Assembly (NCBI GenBank): GCA_903928565.1
Contig: CAIYRH010000002.1
Location: 28-64,027, forward strand
Source: Candidatus Staskawiczbacteria bacterium
Lineage (GTDB): Bacteria; Patescibacteriota; Minisyncoccia; Minisyncoccales; Staskawiczbacteraceae
Direction of reading: 5' to 3'
DNA: 64,000 nt
In this document: one piece after another, positions 16,521-25,777 of the stretch
How the letters are laid out: every line of letters starts with the position of its first letter
Numbering within the stretch: the stretch's first letter is position 1
The notes under the pieces: model-generated
Seen by the model: the letters and a program-made list of their open reading frames with translations, nothing else
Database searches by the model: none
What the model was told of the DNA's origin: nothing
Made by a program: the position numbers and the translations under genes

Positions 16521-18587
16521 TTATGCTCCTTTGGGCCAGCTCTCTATCATTATGCATTTTTTTTTGTCTTTAATTGGCAGTTGTTGGTAAATTTCTTCTG
16601 TAATAAAAGGCATAAAGGGGTGTAAAATTTTTAAACACTCTAAAAGTAGTGTCATTAAAAGTTGTTGGCTAACCGTGCCTTTTTTATAATCTTCAATAAT
16701 TTTATCGCAGAATGTGTGCCAAAAATAATGGTAAATTTTTTCTGAAGCCACATAAAACTTAAACTCGTCCATTTCTTTTGTTATTTGTTTGGCAATTTTC
16801 TTAAAGTCGTTTAAAGCTTTTTTGTCATTTGAATTTAGACTTTGTTTCGAACTTCTAATTTCGTGCTTCGGATTTTCGGTTTGTAGCAAAACAAATCGGC
16901 TGGCGTTCCAAATTTTTGTGGCAAAATTTCTGTAGGCTTTTATTTTATTTTCATCTAACGGCAGGGAAGTGCCTGGGGTGTTGCCCACTACCAAACCCAT
17001 TCTTAAAGCATCGGTGCCAAATTTTTCTGTTAAATCTAGCGGGTTAATCACATTCCCTTTAGATTTAGACATTTTTTGCCCCTTAGCATCCATAACCAAG
17101 CCGTGCAAATAAACATTTTTAAATGGAATTTTCCCCGTGTTATAAAGCGAAAACATTATCATTCGGCTTACCCAAAAGAAAATTAAGTCGCCACCAGTTT
17201 CCATAACGTCGGTGGGGTAAAAAGTTTTCATGTCTTTGCCTTTTGTCTCCCTTCGGGAGATCCCCCGTAGGGGGAGAAATCCTAAAACAGCATATGGCCA
17301 TTGCCCAGAAGAAAACCAAGTATCAAAAGTGTCGCCAGAAGTGTCGCCGGGAATTGGAATGCCCCAAACAATTTGTCTTGAAATATTCCAATCAATAATA
17401 TTATTTAACCAGTGCAACGCAATTTTTTTATAATGTTCGGGAATAAATTTAATTTTTCCGTTCTTGATTGCTTTAATGGCGGGCGCAGCTAACGGTTTCA
17501 TTTTCAAAAACCACTGTTCTTTTATTTGTGGTTCAATTAACGTGTTGCATTTATAGCACGTTTTTACAACGTGTTTGTAATTTTCTTCAATTTTTTCAAC
17601 TAGTCCTTTTGCTTGTAATTTTTCAATAATTAAGGGGCGAGCTTCTGTAATTTTCATGCCTGCAAACTCGCCGGCAATTGGTAAAAGTTTGCCGTAAAAA
17701 TCTATGATTTGTTCTTTTTCTAGGTTGTGGCGTTCGGCAATGCCAAAGTCAATTGCATCGTGCCAGGGAGTAATTGTCATTACGCCAGTTCCAAAATCCA
17801 TATCAATGGCCTCGTCTTTTATAACGGTGGCGGTTATTGGACCGTTAATCCATTCTAAATCTATTTTTTGGCCGTCTTCATAATCTTTATAGCGCTTGTC
17901 TTTGGGGTGCATAACAACATATTTGTCGCCAAATTTTGTTTCTGGGCGAGCGGTGGCAATAATAAATGGGCCATATTTTAAATAATAAAATTTGTCGGTT
18001 TTTTCAACGTCTGCGGTTTCTAAATCGGAAAGGGAAGTTTGGTGTTTTGGACACCAATTGATAATTTTTTTACCGCGGTAAATTAAGTTGTCTTTTTTCA
18101 GTTTTTCAAAAGTGGCATAAACTGTTTTTACAATGTCTGCATCTAAAGTAAATTTTTCGCGGCTCCAATCGCAAGAAGCCCCCATTTTTTTAACTTGTGC
18201 GTTTATATTTTTTTTATTGTTGTTGGTAAATTCGGCAATTTCTTTGTATAGTTCTTTGGGCTCCATTTTAAACCTGCTTCTGCCTTCTTTTTCAAGTTGT
18301 TTTTCATAAACTACTTGTGTTTCAAAGCCGGCATGGTCTAATCCCGGAAGCCACAAAGTTTTAAAACCCTGCATTCTTTTGTAGCGTGTCATAATGTCTT
18401 CAATTGTCATAACCAAAGCGTGGCCGGCGTGCAAATTCCCGTTGGCATTTGTTGGAGGCATTATTATTGTAAAAGGCTTTTTGTAGCTTTTGTTTAAATT
18501 GTCGGGATTAAAAAAACCACTCTCTTCCCAAAGCTGGTAAATTTTATCTTCAACTTCTTTTGAATTGTAATTAGGTGATAATTCCAT
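16521..18587 (-). CDS. valS: Valine--tRNA ligase (short form, 688 aa)
   Basis: PPTNANGNLHAGHA (HIGH), LWLPGLDHAGFETQ, KMSKSKGN. I use ATG 18587 (MELSPNYNSKEVEDKIY...) and treat the 51-aa upstream extension in the ORF track as spurious. Confidence 0.9.
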   Translation of the reverse strand: MELSPNYNSKEVEDKIYQLWEESGFFNPDNLNKSYKKPFTIIMPPTNANGNLHAGHALVMTIEDIMTRYKRMQGFKTLWLPGLDHAGFETQVVYEKQLEKEGRSRFKMEPKELYKEIAEFTNNNKKNINAQVKKMGASCDWSREKFTLDADIVKTVYATFEKLKKDNLIYRGKKIINWCPKHQTSLSDLETADVEKTDKFYYLKYGPFIIATARPETKFGDKYVVMHPKDKRYKDYEDGQKIDLEWINGPITATVIKDEAIDMDFGTGVMTITPWHDAIDFGIAERHNLEKEQIIDFYGKLLPIAGEFAGMKITEARPLIIEKLQAKGLVEKIEENYKHVVKTCYKCNTLIEPQIKEQWFLKMKPLAAPAIKAIKNGKIKFIPEHYKKIALHWLNNIIDWNISRQIVWGIPIPGDTSGDTFDTWFSSGQWPYAVLGFLPLRGISRRETKGKDMKTFYPTDVMETGGDLIFFWVSRMIMFSLYNTGKIPFKNVYLHGLVMDAKGQKMSKSKGNVINPLDLTEKFGTDALRMGLVVGNTPGTSLPLDENKIKAYRNFATKIWNASRFVLLQTENPKHEIRSSKQSLNSNDKKALNDFKKIAKQITKEMDEFKFYVASEKIYHYFWHTFCDKIIEDYKKGTVSQQLLMTLLLECLKILHPFMPFITEEIYQQLPIKDKKKCIMIESWPKGA
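17246..17275. repeat. GC-rich twin-hairpin mini-element, in frame inside valS
   Basis: TCTCCC-TTC-GGGAGA directly followed by TCCCCC-GTA-GGGGGA (30 nt, 10 codons). It encodes part of ...GFLPLRGISRRETKG... in valS. Confidence 0.65.
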
Positions 18588-18730
18588 TGAGTTTATCTTA
18601 GCAAAATTGCGGTTTTTGGTAAATGGTGCATAACACCACTTGATTAAATATTTGATAAGCGTAAAAATTATATAACAGAAATAAATTTTTAGTTGTTTGA
18701 CAACCTTAACCTTTATGGAAGGGATTTGCC

Positions 18731-19033
18731 ATGAAAACAAAAAAATTTTGTTGCATGCTGGCGCTATCGCTTGCGTTCATGTTGTCTGGTTACAGTTTTC
18801 AGTATTTGATTTTACTGTTCTTGGGCGGTTTTATTCTTATTGCCGCAGGCGCTAGATTGGCCGCAAATTTATTGGTGGAAAGTGTTAAGACGGCACTTGC
18901 CTCAACGCCAGTAAAAAATAGTCGTGGGATATGTTATAAATGCAGTGCAGAATTTACTGCCGAGAATCCTTTCAAAGAGGGTGGCATGTGCCATCGTTGC
19001 TTCGAAGCATCGCAGCACCCAGAGACGTCGTAG
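18731..19033 (+). CDS. Small membrane-anchored zinc-ribbon-like protein, 100 aa
   Basis: Two N-terminal hydrophobic helices, then CYKC...(16 aa)...CHRC. Intermediate GC. No family recognised. Confidence 0.5.
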   Translation: MKTKKFCCMLALSLAFMLSGYSFQYLILLFLGGFILIAAGARLAANLLVESVKTALASTPVKNSRGICYKCSAEFTAENPFKEGGMCHRCFEASQHPETS

Positions 19034-19066
19034 ACCGCTAATTTCGCAAGATTTTGGCGGACTTTT

Positions 19067-20254
19067 TTATTCGCTAATTCTCAAATTACCGTTTGCGTTT
19101 ATTTTTTGCCAATCTTTTGTATTTTTCTTGTGATAAAATCCGGCGATGGCAATCATTAGACCATTATCGGTTGATAAGTTTGCTGGCGGAACCAGCAAAC
19201 TTAGTTTGTAGTTGGGGTGCCCTTTGGGCCATTGTAGTTTGTCAGCGAATTGTTTTCTTAATTCTTGGTTTGCAGAAACGCCACCGCCTAAAATTAAAGT
19301 TTTGGCATTATAATCTTTTACAGCCTTCATAGTTTTTTTTATTAAAACATCAATTATGGCTTGTTGAATTTCAATAGCCATTGCCGTTTTATATTTTTTT
19401 GTTTTATTTACAACTTTTCTGTCGGCATATAAAACGGCGGTTTTTAAACCTGAAAAAGAAAAATCGTAATCTTTTGTGTGCATCATTGGGCGAGGCAATT
19501 TAGTGGGTAGTTGGTAGTGAGTAGTGGGTAGTTGCAAAGCTAGTTTTGCAATTATGGGACCACCAGGATATCCTAGTCCTAAAATTTTTGCGCATTTATC
19601 AAAACATTCGCCGGCAGCGTCATCGCGAGTTTCACCAAGTACTTTATATTTACCAACTCCCTTAACTAAAATAATTTGCGTATGTCCGCCAGAAACTACC
19701 AGTGAAATTGCCGGGAAAAACTTAGTTTGTAGTTTGTAGTTTGTAGTTTGTAGAAAATTCACTAGAATATGTCCTTCAATATGATTTACCGGCACAACGG
19801 GAATGCCCCAAGCATAAGAAAGTGCTTTTGCAAAATTAACGCCAACCCAAAGGCAGGGTTCTAAGCCCGGGCCGTTTGTTACAGCAATTAAATCAACATC
19901 TGGTTTGCCGTATTTTTTCAAAAAAGAAACTAATTTTTTATATAACTCCGGTTCTCGTTCTAGTATTTTAGCGATGTCCATGTTTTTCGCGGCCGCGAAA
20001 TTTACGGACAAGTTTTTTAAAAGCTTACTTTCGCTTAGCGCCTTAACAAAAGTTGGCACCAAATTTTTTTGGTGTTCTCGTTTTGCCATTGCCGGGTAAA
20101 CTCCGCCATATTTTTGGTGTACCTTTATTTGCGAAGCAATAACATTTGCTAAAACAACAAAATTGTCTTCCCCCGCTTGGTGGGGTCCGTCTGGGGCGGA
20201 TAAAATGGCAATTCCAGTATCGTCGCAAGATGTTTCTATGGCTAATATTTTCAT
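19067..20254 (-). CDS. tsaD: tRNA N6-adenosine threonylcarbamoyltransferase TsaD
   Basis: MKILAIETSCDDTGIAIL, HIEGHIL, SGGHTQI, GGVSAN. Carries two in-frame repeat-derived loop segments. Confidence 0.9.
   Translation of the reverse strand: MKILAIETSCDDTGIAILSAPDGPHQAGEDNFVVLANVIASQIKVHQKYGGVYPAMAKREHQKNLVPTFVKALSESKLLKNLSVNFAAAKNMDIAKILEREPELYKKLVSFLKKYGKPDVDLIAVTNGPGLEPCLWVGVNFAKALSYAWGIPVVPVNHIEGHILVNFLQTTNYKLQTKFFPAISLVVSGGHTQIILVKGVGKYKVLGETRDDAAGECFDKCAKILGLGYPGGPIIAKLALQLPTTHYQLPTKLPRPMMHTKDYDFSFSGLKTAVLYADRKVVNKTKKYKTAMAIEIQQAIIDVLIKKTMKAVKDYNAKTLILGGGVSANQELRKQFADKLQWPKGHPNYKLSLLVPPANLSTDNGLMIAIAGFYHKKNTKDWQKINANGNLRISE
19501..19535. repeat. GTAGT(G/T)(G/T)GTAG-family repeat, in frame in tsaD
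   Basis: tagtgggtagttggtagtgagtagtgggtagttgc. The coding sense is C/A-rich and encodes LQLPTTHYQLPTK. Confidence 0.6.
19723..19753. repeat. Perfect 7-nt tandem repeat (TAGTTTG x4.4), in frame in tsaD
   Basis: tagtttg repeated at 19723, 19730, 19737 and 19744, plus a partial unit. Encodes LQTTNYKLQTK on the minus strand. Confidence 0.8.
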
Positions 20255-20320
20255 AGACCCTTTATACTATAGAACTTGCCTTTTTTCAATTTTTAAGCTA
20301 ATATTTATCTATATAGATAG

Positions 20321-20395
20321 GGCCCTATCGTCTAGCCTGGTCTAGGACGCGTGCTTTTCAAGCATAAAACCCGGGTTCAAATCCCGGTAGGGCCA
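20321..20395 (+). tRNA. tRNA-Glu (anticodon UUC)
   Basis: Acceptor GGCCCTA/TAGGGCC, D-arm TCGTCTAGCCTGGTCTAGGACG typical of tRNA-Glu, anticodon loop TTTTCAA, T-arm CCGGG-TTCAAAT-CCCGG. Confidence 0.8.
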
Positions 20396-20411
20396 CACTT
20401 AAATTTATTCA

Positions 20412-22025
20412 ATGTCAGATCTCAAAACTATATCTAAGGGTAAATTCATCTTTTTTATAGTTATTTTATTTGTCTTCTTATTGTCTATTGGTTTTTCTGT
20501 TACTTATAATGTAATAGACCCAGATTTTGGTTGGCACTTAAAAACTGGCCAGTTAATTTTAGAACGGGGAGTCCCCAAAACCGACTGGTACTCCTACACA
20601 ATGCCAAATTTCCCCTGGATAGACCACGAGTGGCTTACAGATGTTGCTATTTATAAAATGTTTTCGCACTTTGGTTCTGCGGGCACCTTAGTGCTTTTTT
20701 TATCTATTTTTATTTTGGCGTTTCTTGTTTTAATAAAAAGAGAAGCGTTTATTTATTTTTTGCCGGCAATTTTGTTAGGATATCTTGCTTCGTTTGATTT
20801 TTTAAGTATAAGGCCTCAAATGCTAACGGTTTTTTTTATTGCTATACTTTCAATTATTCTAAGCAAAATTTCTGAAGGGAAAATTTCAAAATGGGTTTAT
20901 TTATGCCCAGTATTATTTTTAATTTGGGCAAATTTGCACGGTGGGTTTGCAATAGGACTTTTGTTAATTTTTTTATATTTAGCCGTTGAAGTTGGTAAAA
21001 AAACAAAGTTATTTCAAAGAATAAAATCTTTGAAGTGGTTTGTAGGTTATAACATTCAAGAGCCGTCAAACAAAAAAATAATCATTTATTCGGTTTTATT
21101 TTTTTCTTCAATTATTTTTACCTTTATTAACCCTTATGGCCCAAGACTTTACGTAGAAATTTTTAGAACTTTTGGAGACAATTTTGCCAGATCTCACATT
21201 TCAGAATGGATGCCGTTATTTTCCACTTCTCCATTTTTGTATTCAATTTTTGAGATTTTTTACATTGGCGCCTTTTTGGGCTTGCTAATTATTTATTATA
21301 AAAAAATTGATTTTACAAAGCTAAGTATTTCTTTAATATTTTTGGCATTGGCATTTTTAGCACAGCGTAATTTTCTAATTTTTGTTATTTTTACCATTCC
21401 AATTCTTGCACAATTTTTTGCAATGTTAAACGCTGAAATTGGCCACAAATATAAATTTCTATTAGAAAAACAAACAATATTTATAACTTTCTTTATAATT
21501 TTTGAATTGCTAATGCTTGGCTTATTTCCATTTTTTATAAGTAACTTTAAAGCGCAAGAAAATTTTTCATATCCGGTAAAGGCTGTTAATTTCCTTAAAA
21601 CCCGGCCACTATCGGAAAACTTATTTAATGAATATAACTGGGGCGGTTATTTAATTTGGAAATTGCCAGAAAGGAAAGTTTTTATAGATGGCCGAATGCC
21701 ATGCTGGCAATTGGGTAATCAAGATATTTTTAAAGATTATATTAAAATGGCAAACAACCAGCCAGGAGCACTAGAACTTTTTAAAAAATATAATATTGGT
21801 ATTGCGTTGTTACAAAAAGAAAGGGAAAATTTAGCATTAAAATACATTAATTATCAGGGGAAAAAGCATCCGGAAAATTGGTTATCTAACTTTGTGAATA
21901 GTCATAAATGGATGTGCCAGGTTTTTGGAGTTTGCACACCAGAAAAAAACATCTACAATGAATTAATAACCTCGGGCTGGCATAAAGTTTTTGAAGACGA
22001 CCAAGCCGTTATTCTAGAAAAATAA
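20412..22025 (+). CDS. Polytopic membrane protein, GT-C-like glycosyltransferase candidate
   Basis: 537 aa with more than 10 predicted TM helices. First loop is DPDFGWHLKTGQ...DWYSYTMPNFPWIDHEWL, and there is a soluble C-terminal domain. Assignment rests on architecture only. Confidence 0.4.
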   Translation: MSDLKTISKGKFIFFIVILFVFLLSIGFSVTYNVIDPDFGWHLKTGQLILERGVPKTDWYSYTMPNFPWIDHEWLTDVAIYKMFSHFGSAGTLVLFLSIFILAFLVLIKREAFIYFLPAILLGYLASFDFLSIRPQMLTVFFIAILSIILSKISEGKISKWVYLCPVLFLIWANLHGGFAIGLLLIFLYLAVEVGKKTKLFQRIKSLKWFVGYNIQEPSNKKIIIYSVLFFSSIIFTFINPYGPRLYVEIFRTFGDNFARSHISEWMPLFSTSPFLYSIFEIFYIGAFLGLLIIYYKKIDFTKLSISLIFLALAFLAQRNFLIFVIFTIPILAQFFAMLNAEIGHKYKFLLEKQTIFITFFIIFELLMLGLFPFFISNFKAQENFSYPVKAVNFLKTRPLSENLFNEYNWGGYLIWKLPERKVFIDGRMPCWQLGNQDIFKDYIKMANNQPGALELFKKYNIGIALLQKERENLALKYINYQGKKHPENWLSNFVNSHKWMCQVFGVCTPEKNIYNELITSGWHKVFEDDQAVILEK

Positions 22026-22038
22026 ATTTTCTAATTAT

Positions 22039-22662
22039 ATGGAAAAAGACAATCATATTTATATGCCAGAAGATCATATGGAGAATCTTTATAATTCTAA
22101 AAATTTTTTAGTAAGATTTGTTCATTGCCAACGTTTAGACGTTATAGTAAATTCCGTTTGTTGCAACAATGGAATGAGGGTTTTAGACGCGGGATGTGGG
22201 GAAGGGCAACTTATCGAAAAATTATATGAGAAGAATAAGAGTAATTATTATGGTGCCGATATTACAGAAATAGCACTAAAAAAAGCAAAAGCCAGGTGCC
22301 CCTTTGCCAATTTTAGCGAAATGAATCTTGCCGACCTCAAATTTGAAGACGGTTTTTTTGATGTAATAATTATAACAGAAGTATTAGAACACGTTATAGA
22401 ATACAGGGCAGTTGTAGCAGAGCTTAAAAGAGTTTTAAAAAAGGGCGGATTTCTAATAGTAACTTTTCCAAATGAATTCCTTTGGACAGTAAGTAGATTT
22501 TTATTAGGCAGAAGGCCAATAAAAGTGCCAGACCATGTTAATTCATTTAATCCTTCAAAAATAAAAAAACTAATTGGCATGGAATTGATAACTCGTAAAA
22601 ATCTTCCTTTTGGTGGGCCGTTTTCATTTTCATTGGGTGGTTTTATGAATTTTAAAAAATAA
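22039..22662 (+). CDS. Class I SAM-dependent methyltransferase
   Basis: VLDAGCGEGQL (motif I), FDVIIITEVLEHV, LKKGGFLIVTFPN. Confidence 0.8.
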   Translation: MEKDNHIYMPEDHMENLYNSKNFLVRFVHCQRLDVIVNSVCCNNGMRVLDAGCGEGQLIEKLYEKNKSNYYGADITEIALKKAKARCPFANFSEMNLADLKFEDGFFDVIIITEVLEHVIEYRAVVAELKRVLKKGGFLIVTFPNEFLWTVSRFLLGRRPIKVPDHVNSFNPSKIKKLIGMELITRKNLPFGGPFSFSLGGFMNFKK

Positions 22663-22672
22663 GTACCAACAA

Positions 22673-24607
22673 ATGCATCTTTCAGTTATAATTCCAGCTT
22701 ACAACGAAGAAGAAATTATTGAAGAAACTCTTTTAGAGGTTGATAATTTTTTATCTAAAAAAAATTATGAATACGAAATAATTGTTGTAGATGATGGTTC
22801 TTTAGATAAAACCGTTGAGATTGTAGAGAGGTTTAAAGAATTCAATAAGAACACAATTCTTATAAAAAATGCAAGAAACCGGGGCAAGGGAGCAGTGGTT
22901 AGGCGGGGTTTATTGGCGGCAACGGGTGACTTTAGGTTATTCACTGACGCCGACAACTCCGCACCAATTGCGGAATTAGATAAATTGCTGCCCTGTATGA
23001 CAAGTTATGATATCGCAGTTGGTTCGCGTGCGTTAAAAAATTCAAAAATTATTAAACCTCAGGTTTTTTACAGGCGCGCGTTGGGGTATGTTTATAAATT
23101 TCTTATAAGAAATATTTCAGGAATAAAAGATATCCACGATACGCAATGCGGTTTTAAATTGTTTAGTGCCAAGGCCGTAAATAATGTTTTAACCAAATGC
23201 AAAACTAATGGTTTTTCTTTTGATTCTGAAATTTTAATTATTGCTAAAGAATTGGGCTATAATGTTAAAGAAGTCCCAATAAATTGGGCGGATAACCCTG
23301 CCTCAAAAGTAAAAATAAAGGGAATGATTGGGGCGGTTTACGATTTATTTTATATAAGAATAAGCTCAATTGTAAAAACAAATAAGGTTTTTATATGTCT
23401 TGGAATCCTATTGCTTAGTTTTGTTAATTTATTCATATTGTCTTTCTCTAGAAAAAATTATTTTATAGACTCAATTCAAAATATTGGATTAAACGGTGTT
23501 TCGGCGGTCTGCTTAACTTTTCTATACATTATTTTTAGTTATAGTTTCTTATTTCTTTACAACAAGAAAATAGCTCTAAATAGTAAAAATAAAATTGTTA
23601 TTGGCCTGTTGTTTTTAACTGCTTTTATAACGTTACCCCTACTATCTTTAGACGTTATCGCATATTTATTTGGCGCGAAAAATTTATTCTTGTTTCATAC
23701 GAACCCTTATATTGTGAATATAACTGGTGTTGAAACAAATAATTGGTTAAAAGATGTTGGTAAAATTTGGTGGTTTAATTGTCCATATGTTTATGGGCCA
23801 ATTTTTCTTTTTATTACCGCACCCGCACTTTTATTAAATTCCTTTGGACTTTTATGGACGACTTATCTATATAAAGTTATTGTTTTCGTCGCTTATTTGT
23901 TAACAATCTATATTTTTGCAAAAATAATTAAAATTTTAAAAAAAGATAGTTACTTAGCATGGTTATATGCTCTTAACCCCGCACTTTTAATTCATGTAGT
24001 AATGGACGGGCACAACGATATTTTTGTAATTTTGTTTTTGCTGTTAGCGTTGTTTATGATATTTAAAAATAAATGGGCAGGTGGCGTTTCTCTATTTTTA
24101 ACCAGTGTTTTTATAAAATACAACTCTTTAATTTTTTTACCAGTATTTTGGAAAAAAGATGGCAGGTTTTCTTTAAAAAGAATGCTTATTTCTGGGTTAG
24201 CGGTTGTTGCATCGTTCTTGGCAATGTTTTTTATTTTCAGGTTAAATTTATTTAATTTTTCATATCAAGTAAATACCGTCTTAGAAAATCGTTGTCTTTA
24301 CCACTGCTTTCCAACGATAATTTTCACGGATTTAATTTTTGGTAAATATGCTGTGCTTTCTAGGAGAGTTTTATTTATTATATTTTATTCATTTTTATTT
24401 TTTAAATTTTTATACAAAAAAAATAGATTATTGGAATTTATATTTTGGTCATATATTGGAATTTTGTTTATTTTAACTAAATGGCTAACCCCGTGGGCCA
24501 TGCTTCTAATTATTCCCGTAGGTTTACTCATTGACGAAGATTTTTATAAGTTGAGCGTCCTTAGCATTACAATATACTCACTTTTTTATTTCTTTTCGCC
24601 CTTTTAG
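22673..24607 (+). CDS. GT2 (dolichyl-phosphate hexosyltransferase-like) fused to a polytopic membrane domain
   Basis: N-terminus SVIIPAYNEEE...IIVVDDGSLDKT...FTDADNS is a GT2 DxD core. Residues from about 240 to 644 are multi-TM. Confidence 0.7.
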   Translation: MHLSVIIPAYNEEEIIEETLLEVDNFLSKKNYEYEIIVVDDGSLDKTVEIVERFKEFNKNTILIKNARNRGKGAVVRRGLLAATGDFRLFTDADNSAPIAELDKLLPCMTSYDIAVGSRALKNSKIIKPQVFYRRALGYVYKFLIRNISGIKDIHDTQCGFKLFSAKAVNNVLTKCKTNGFSFDSEILIIAKELGYNVKEVPINWADNPASKVKIKGMIGAVYDLFYIRISSIVKTNKVFICLGILLLSFVNLFILSFSRKNYFIDSIQNIGLNGVSAVCLTFLYIIFSYSFLFLYNKKIALNSKNKIVIGLLFLTAFITLPLLSLDVIAYLFGAKNLFLFHTNPYIVNITGVETNNWLKDVGKIWWFNCPYVYGPIFLFITAPALLLNSFGLLWTTYLYKVIVFVAYLLTIYIFAKIIKILKKDSYLAWLYALNPALLIHVVMDGHNDIFVILFLLLALFMIFKNKWAGGVSLFLTSVFIKYNSLIFLPVFWKKDGRFSLKRMLISGLAVVASFLAMFFIFRLNLFNFSYQVNTVLENRCLYHCFPTIIFTDLIFGKYAVLSRRVLFIIFYSFLFFKFLYKKNRLLEFIFWSYIGILFILTKWLTPWAMLLIIPVGLLIDEDFYKLSVLSITIYSLFYFFSPF

Positions 24608-24613
24608 AAGAAT

Positions 24614-25006
24614 ATGAAACAATTAATTGAAAAATTTTATTCAAGGGAGTTTGTAAAATATTTTGCTGTTGGCTGTAGTGCCGTTGTTTTAGACATAGGG
24701 AGTCTTTTTATTTTTAAGAATTATTTTGGTTTTTCGGCAATTTGGGCAGTTGTTGTTAACCAACTTATTATTTGTAATTATGTTTTTTTTCTAAATAAAA
24801 TATGGGTTTTTTCAAATAAAAAACAGGTTACAAAGCAAATTATAAAATATTATATTTTAGCATTGTTTAATTATTTAGTGGCTATAATTTGGATGTGGTT
24901 TTTCCATAATATTATGGGGCAAAACTATTTGTTGGTTAGAATTGCTAATATTGCGGTTTCTGTAGCATGGAATTTTTTAATTTATAAATTTTTTATTTAT
25001 ATTTAG
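24614..25006 (+). CDS. GtrA-family membrane protein
   Basis: 130 aa with 4 TM helices. FVKYFAVGCSAVVLDIGSLFIF and VSVAWNFLIYKFFIY match the GtrA pattern. Confidence 0.7.
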   Translation: MKQLIEKFYSREFVKYFAVGCSAVVLDIGSLFIFKNYFGFSAIWAVVVNQLIICNYVFFLNKIWVFSNKKQVTKQIIKYYILALFNYLVAIIWMWFFHNIMGQNYLLVRIANIAVSVAWNFLIYKFFIYI

Positions 25007-25019
25007 CAGTTTAAATTAT

Positions 25020-25736
25020 ATGGACTTTTTAGACTTACAAAAAAATAAATTAGCTTTTGAACATTTTTGGTATAGAGCCAAGAGAGAACTAATTGGTATT
25101 GTTTTTGTCAAACACAGCATTAAAAAAATGCTAATTTTAGAAGTTGGCTGTGGCGCAGGCGGGCAACTTGGCACGTTATCTATGCATGGTAATAAAGTTG
25201 TTGGCACCGACGTTAACACAAAAGCCCTCGATGAAGCAAAAAAAAGGGGTTTTGACGTGTTTTATCAAGACATTCAGGAAGAGGTTTCGGACGTCGGGCT
25301 TTATGATGTAGTTTGTGCTTTTGATGTTTTAGAACACATTGAAAACGACAACTTAGCACTTAAGAATATTTACAAATTACTAAAACCCGGTGGCTTGTTT
25401 GTTTTTACGGTGCCTGCCTTCAAGTTTTTGTTTAGTGGCCACGATAAATATTTACAGCACTATAGAAGATATTCTATGAAGGGATTAAAACAGCAATTAT
25501 TAAATAATAGATTAATATTAATAGATTCTAATTATTGGAATTTTATTTTGTTCCCATTTGTTGCATTAAAAAGAATTATAACTAAAAACGGTAAACCAAC
25601 TTCAGATATGAACAACTTGCCCAAATTACTAAATTTATTTTTAATTACAATTTTGCGACTTGAAAATTTATTAATTAAAATAAACACAAGACTACCTTTT
25701 GGTTTGAGCATTGTGGGCGTTGCAAAAAAAAGTTGA
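25020..25736 (+). CDS. Class I SAM-dependent methyltransferase
   Basis: ILEVGCGAGGQL (motif I), YDVVCAFDVLEHI, LKPGGLFVFTVP. Confidence 0.8.
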   Translation: MDFLDLQKNKLAFEHFWYRAKRELIGIVFVKHSIKKMLILEVGCGAGGQLGTLSMHGNKVVGTDVNTKALDEAKKRGFDVFYQDIQEEVSDVGLYDVVCAFDVLEHIENDNLALKNIYKLLKPGGLFVFTVPAFKFLFSGHDKYLQHYRRYSMKGLKQQLLNNRLILIDSNYWNFILFPFVALKRIITKNGKPTSDMNNLPKLLNLFLITILRLENLLIKINTRLPFGLSIVGVAKKS

Positions 25737-25777
25737 TTTTTTGCGGTTTTTGAGATAGATTAGACTTAAATGCAAAC

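Noticed and set aside
18588-18740. ORF-track 5' extensions: valS (to 18740), recQ (from 31723), NYN gene (to 5483), 484-aa gene (to 15602), pilM (from 42835), minor pilin (from 53292), DUF202 (from 7201).
   Set aside because: The extensions begin at non-ATG or upstream codons and run through promoters, terminators or neighbouring genes. The conserved N-termini begin at internal ATGs, for example MELSPNYNSKEVEDKIY for ValRS and MENLLKKYFGYDTFRP for RecQ.
19723-19753. Considered whether the short tandem and inverted repeats (19723-19753, 49069-49145) or the palindromes (51638-52411) represent a CRISPR array.
   Set aside because: Units are 7-11 nt with no unique spacers of uniform length. There are only two palindrome copies, 700 nt apart and flanking a gene, and there are no cas genes in the window.
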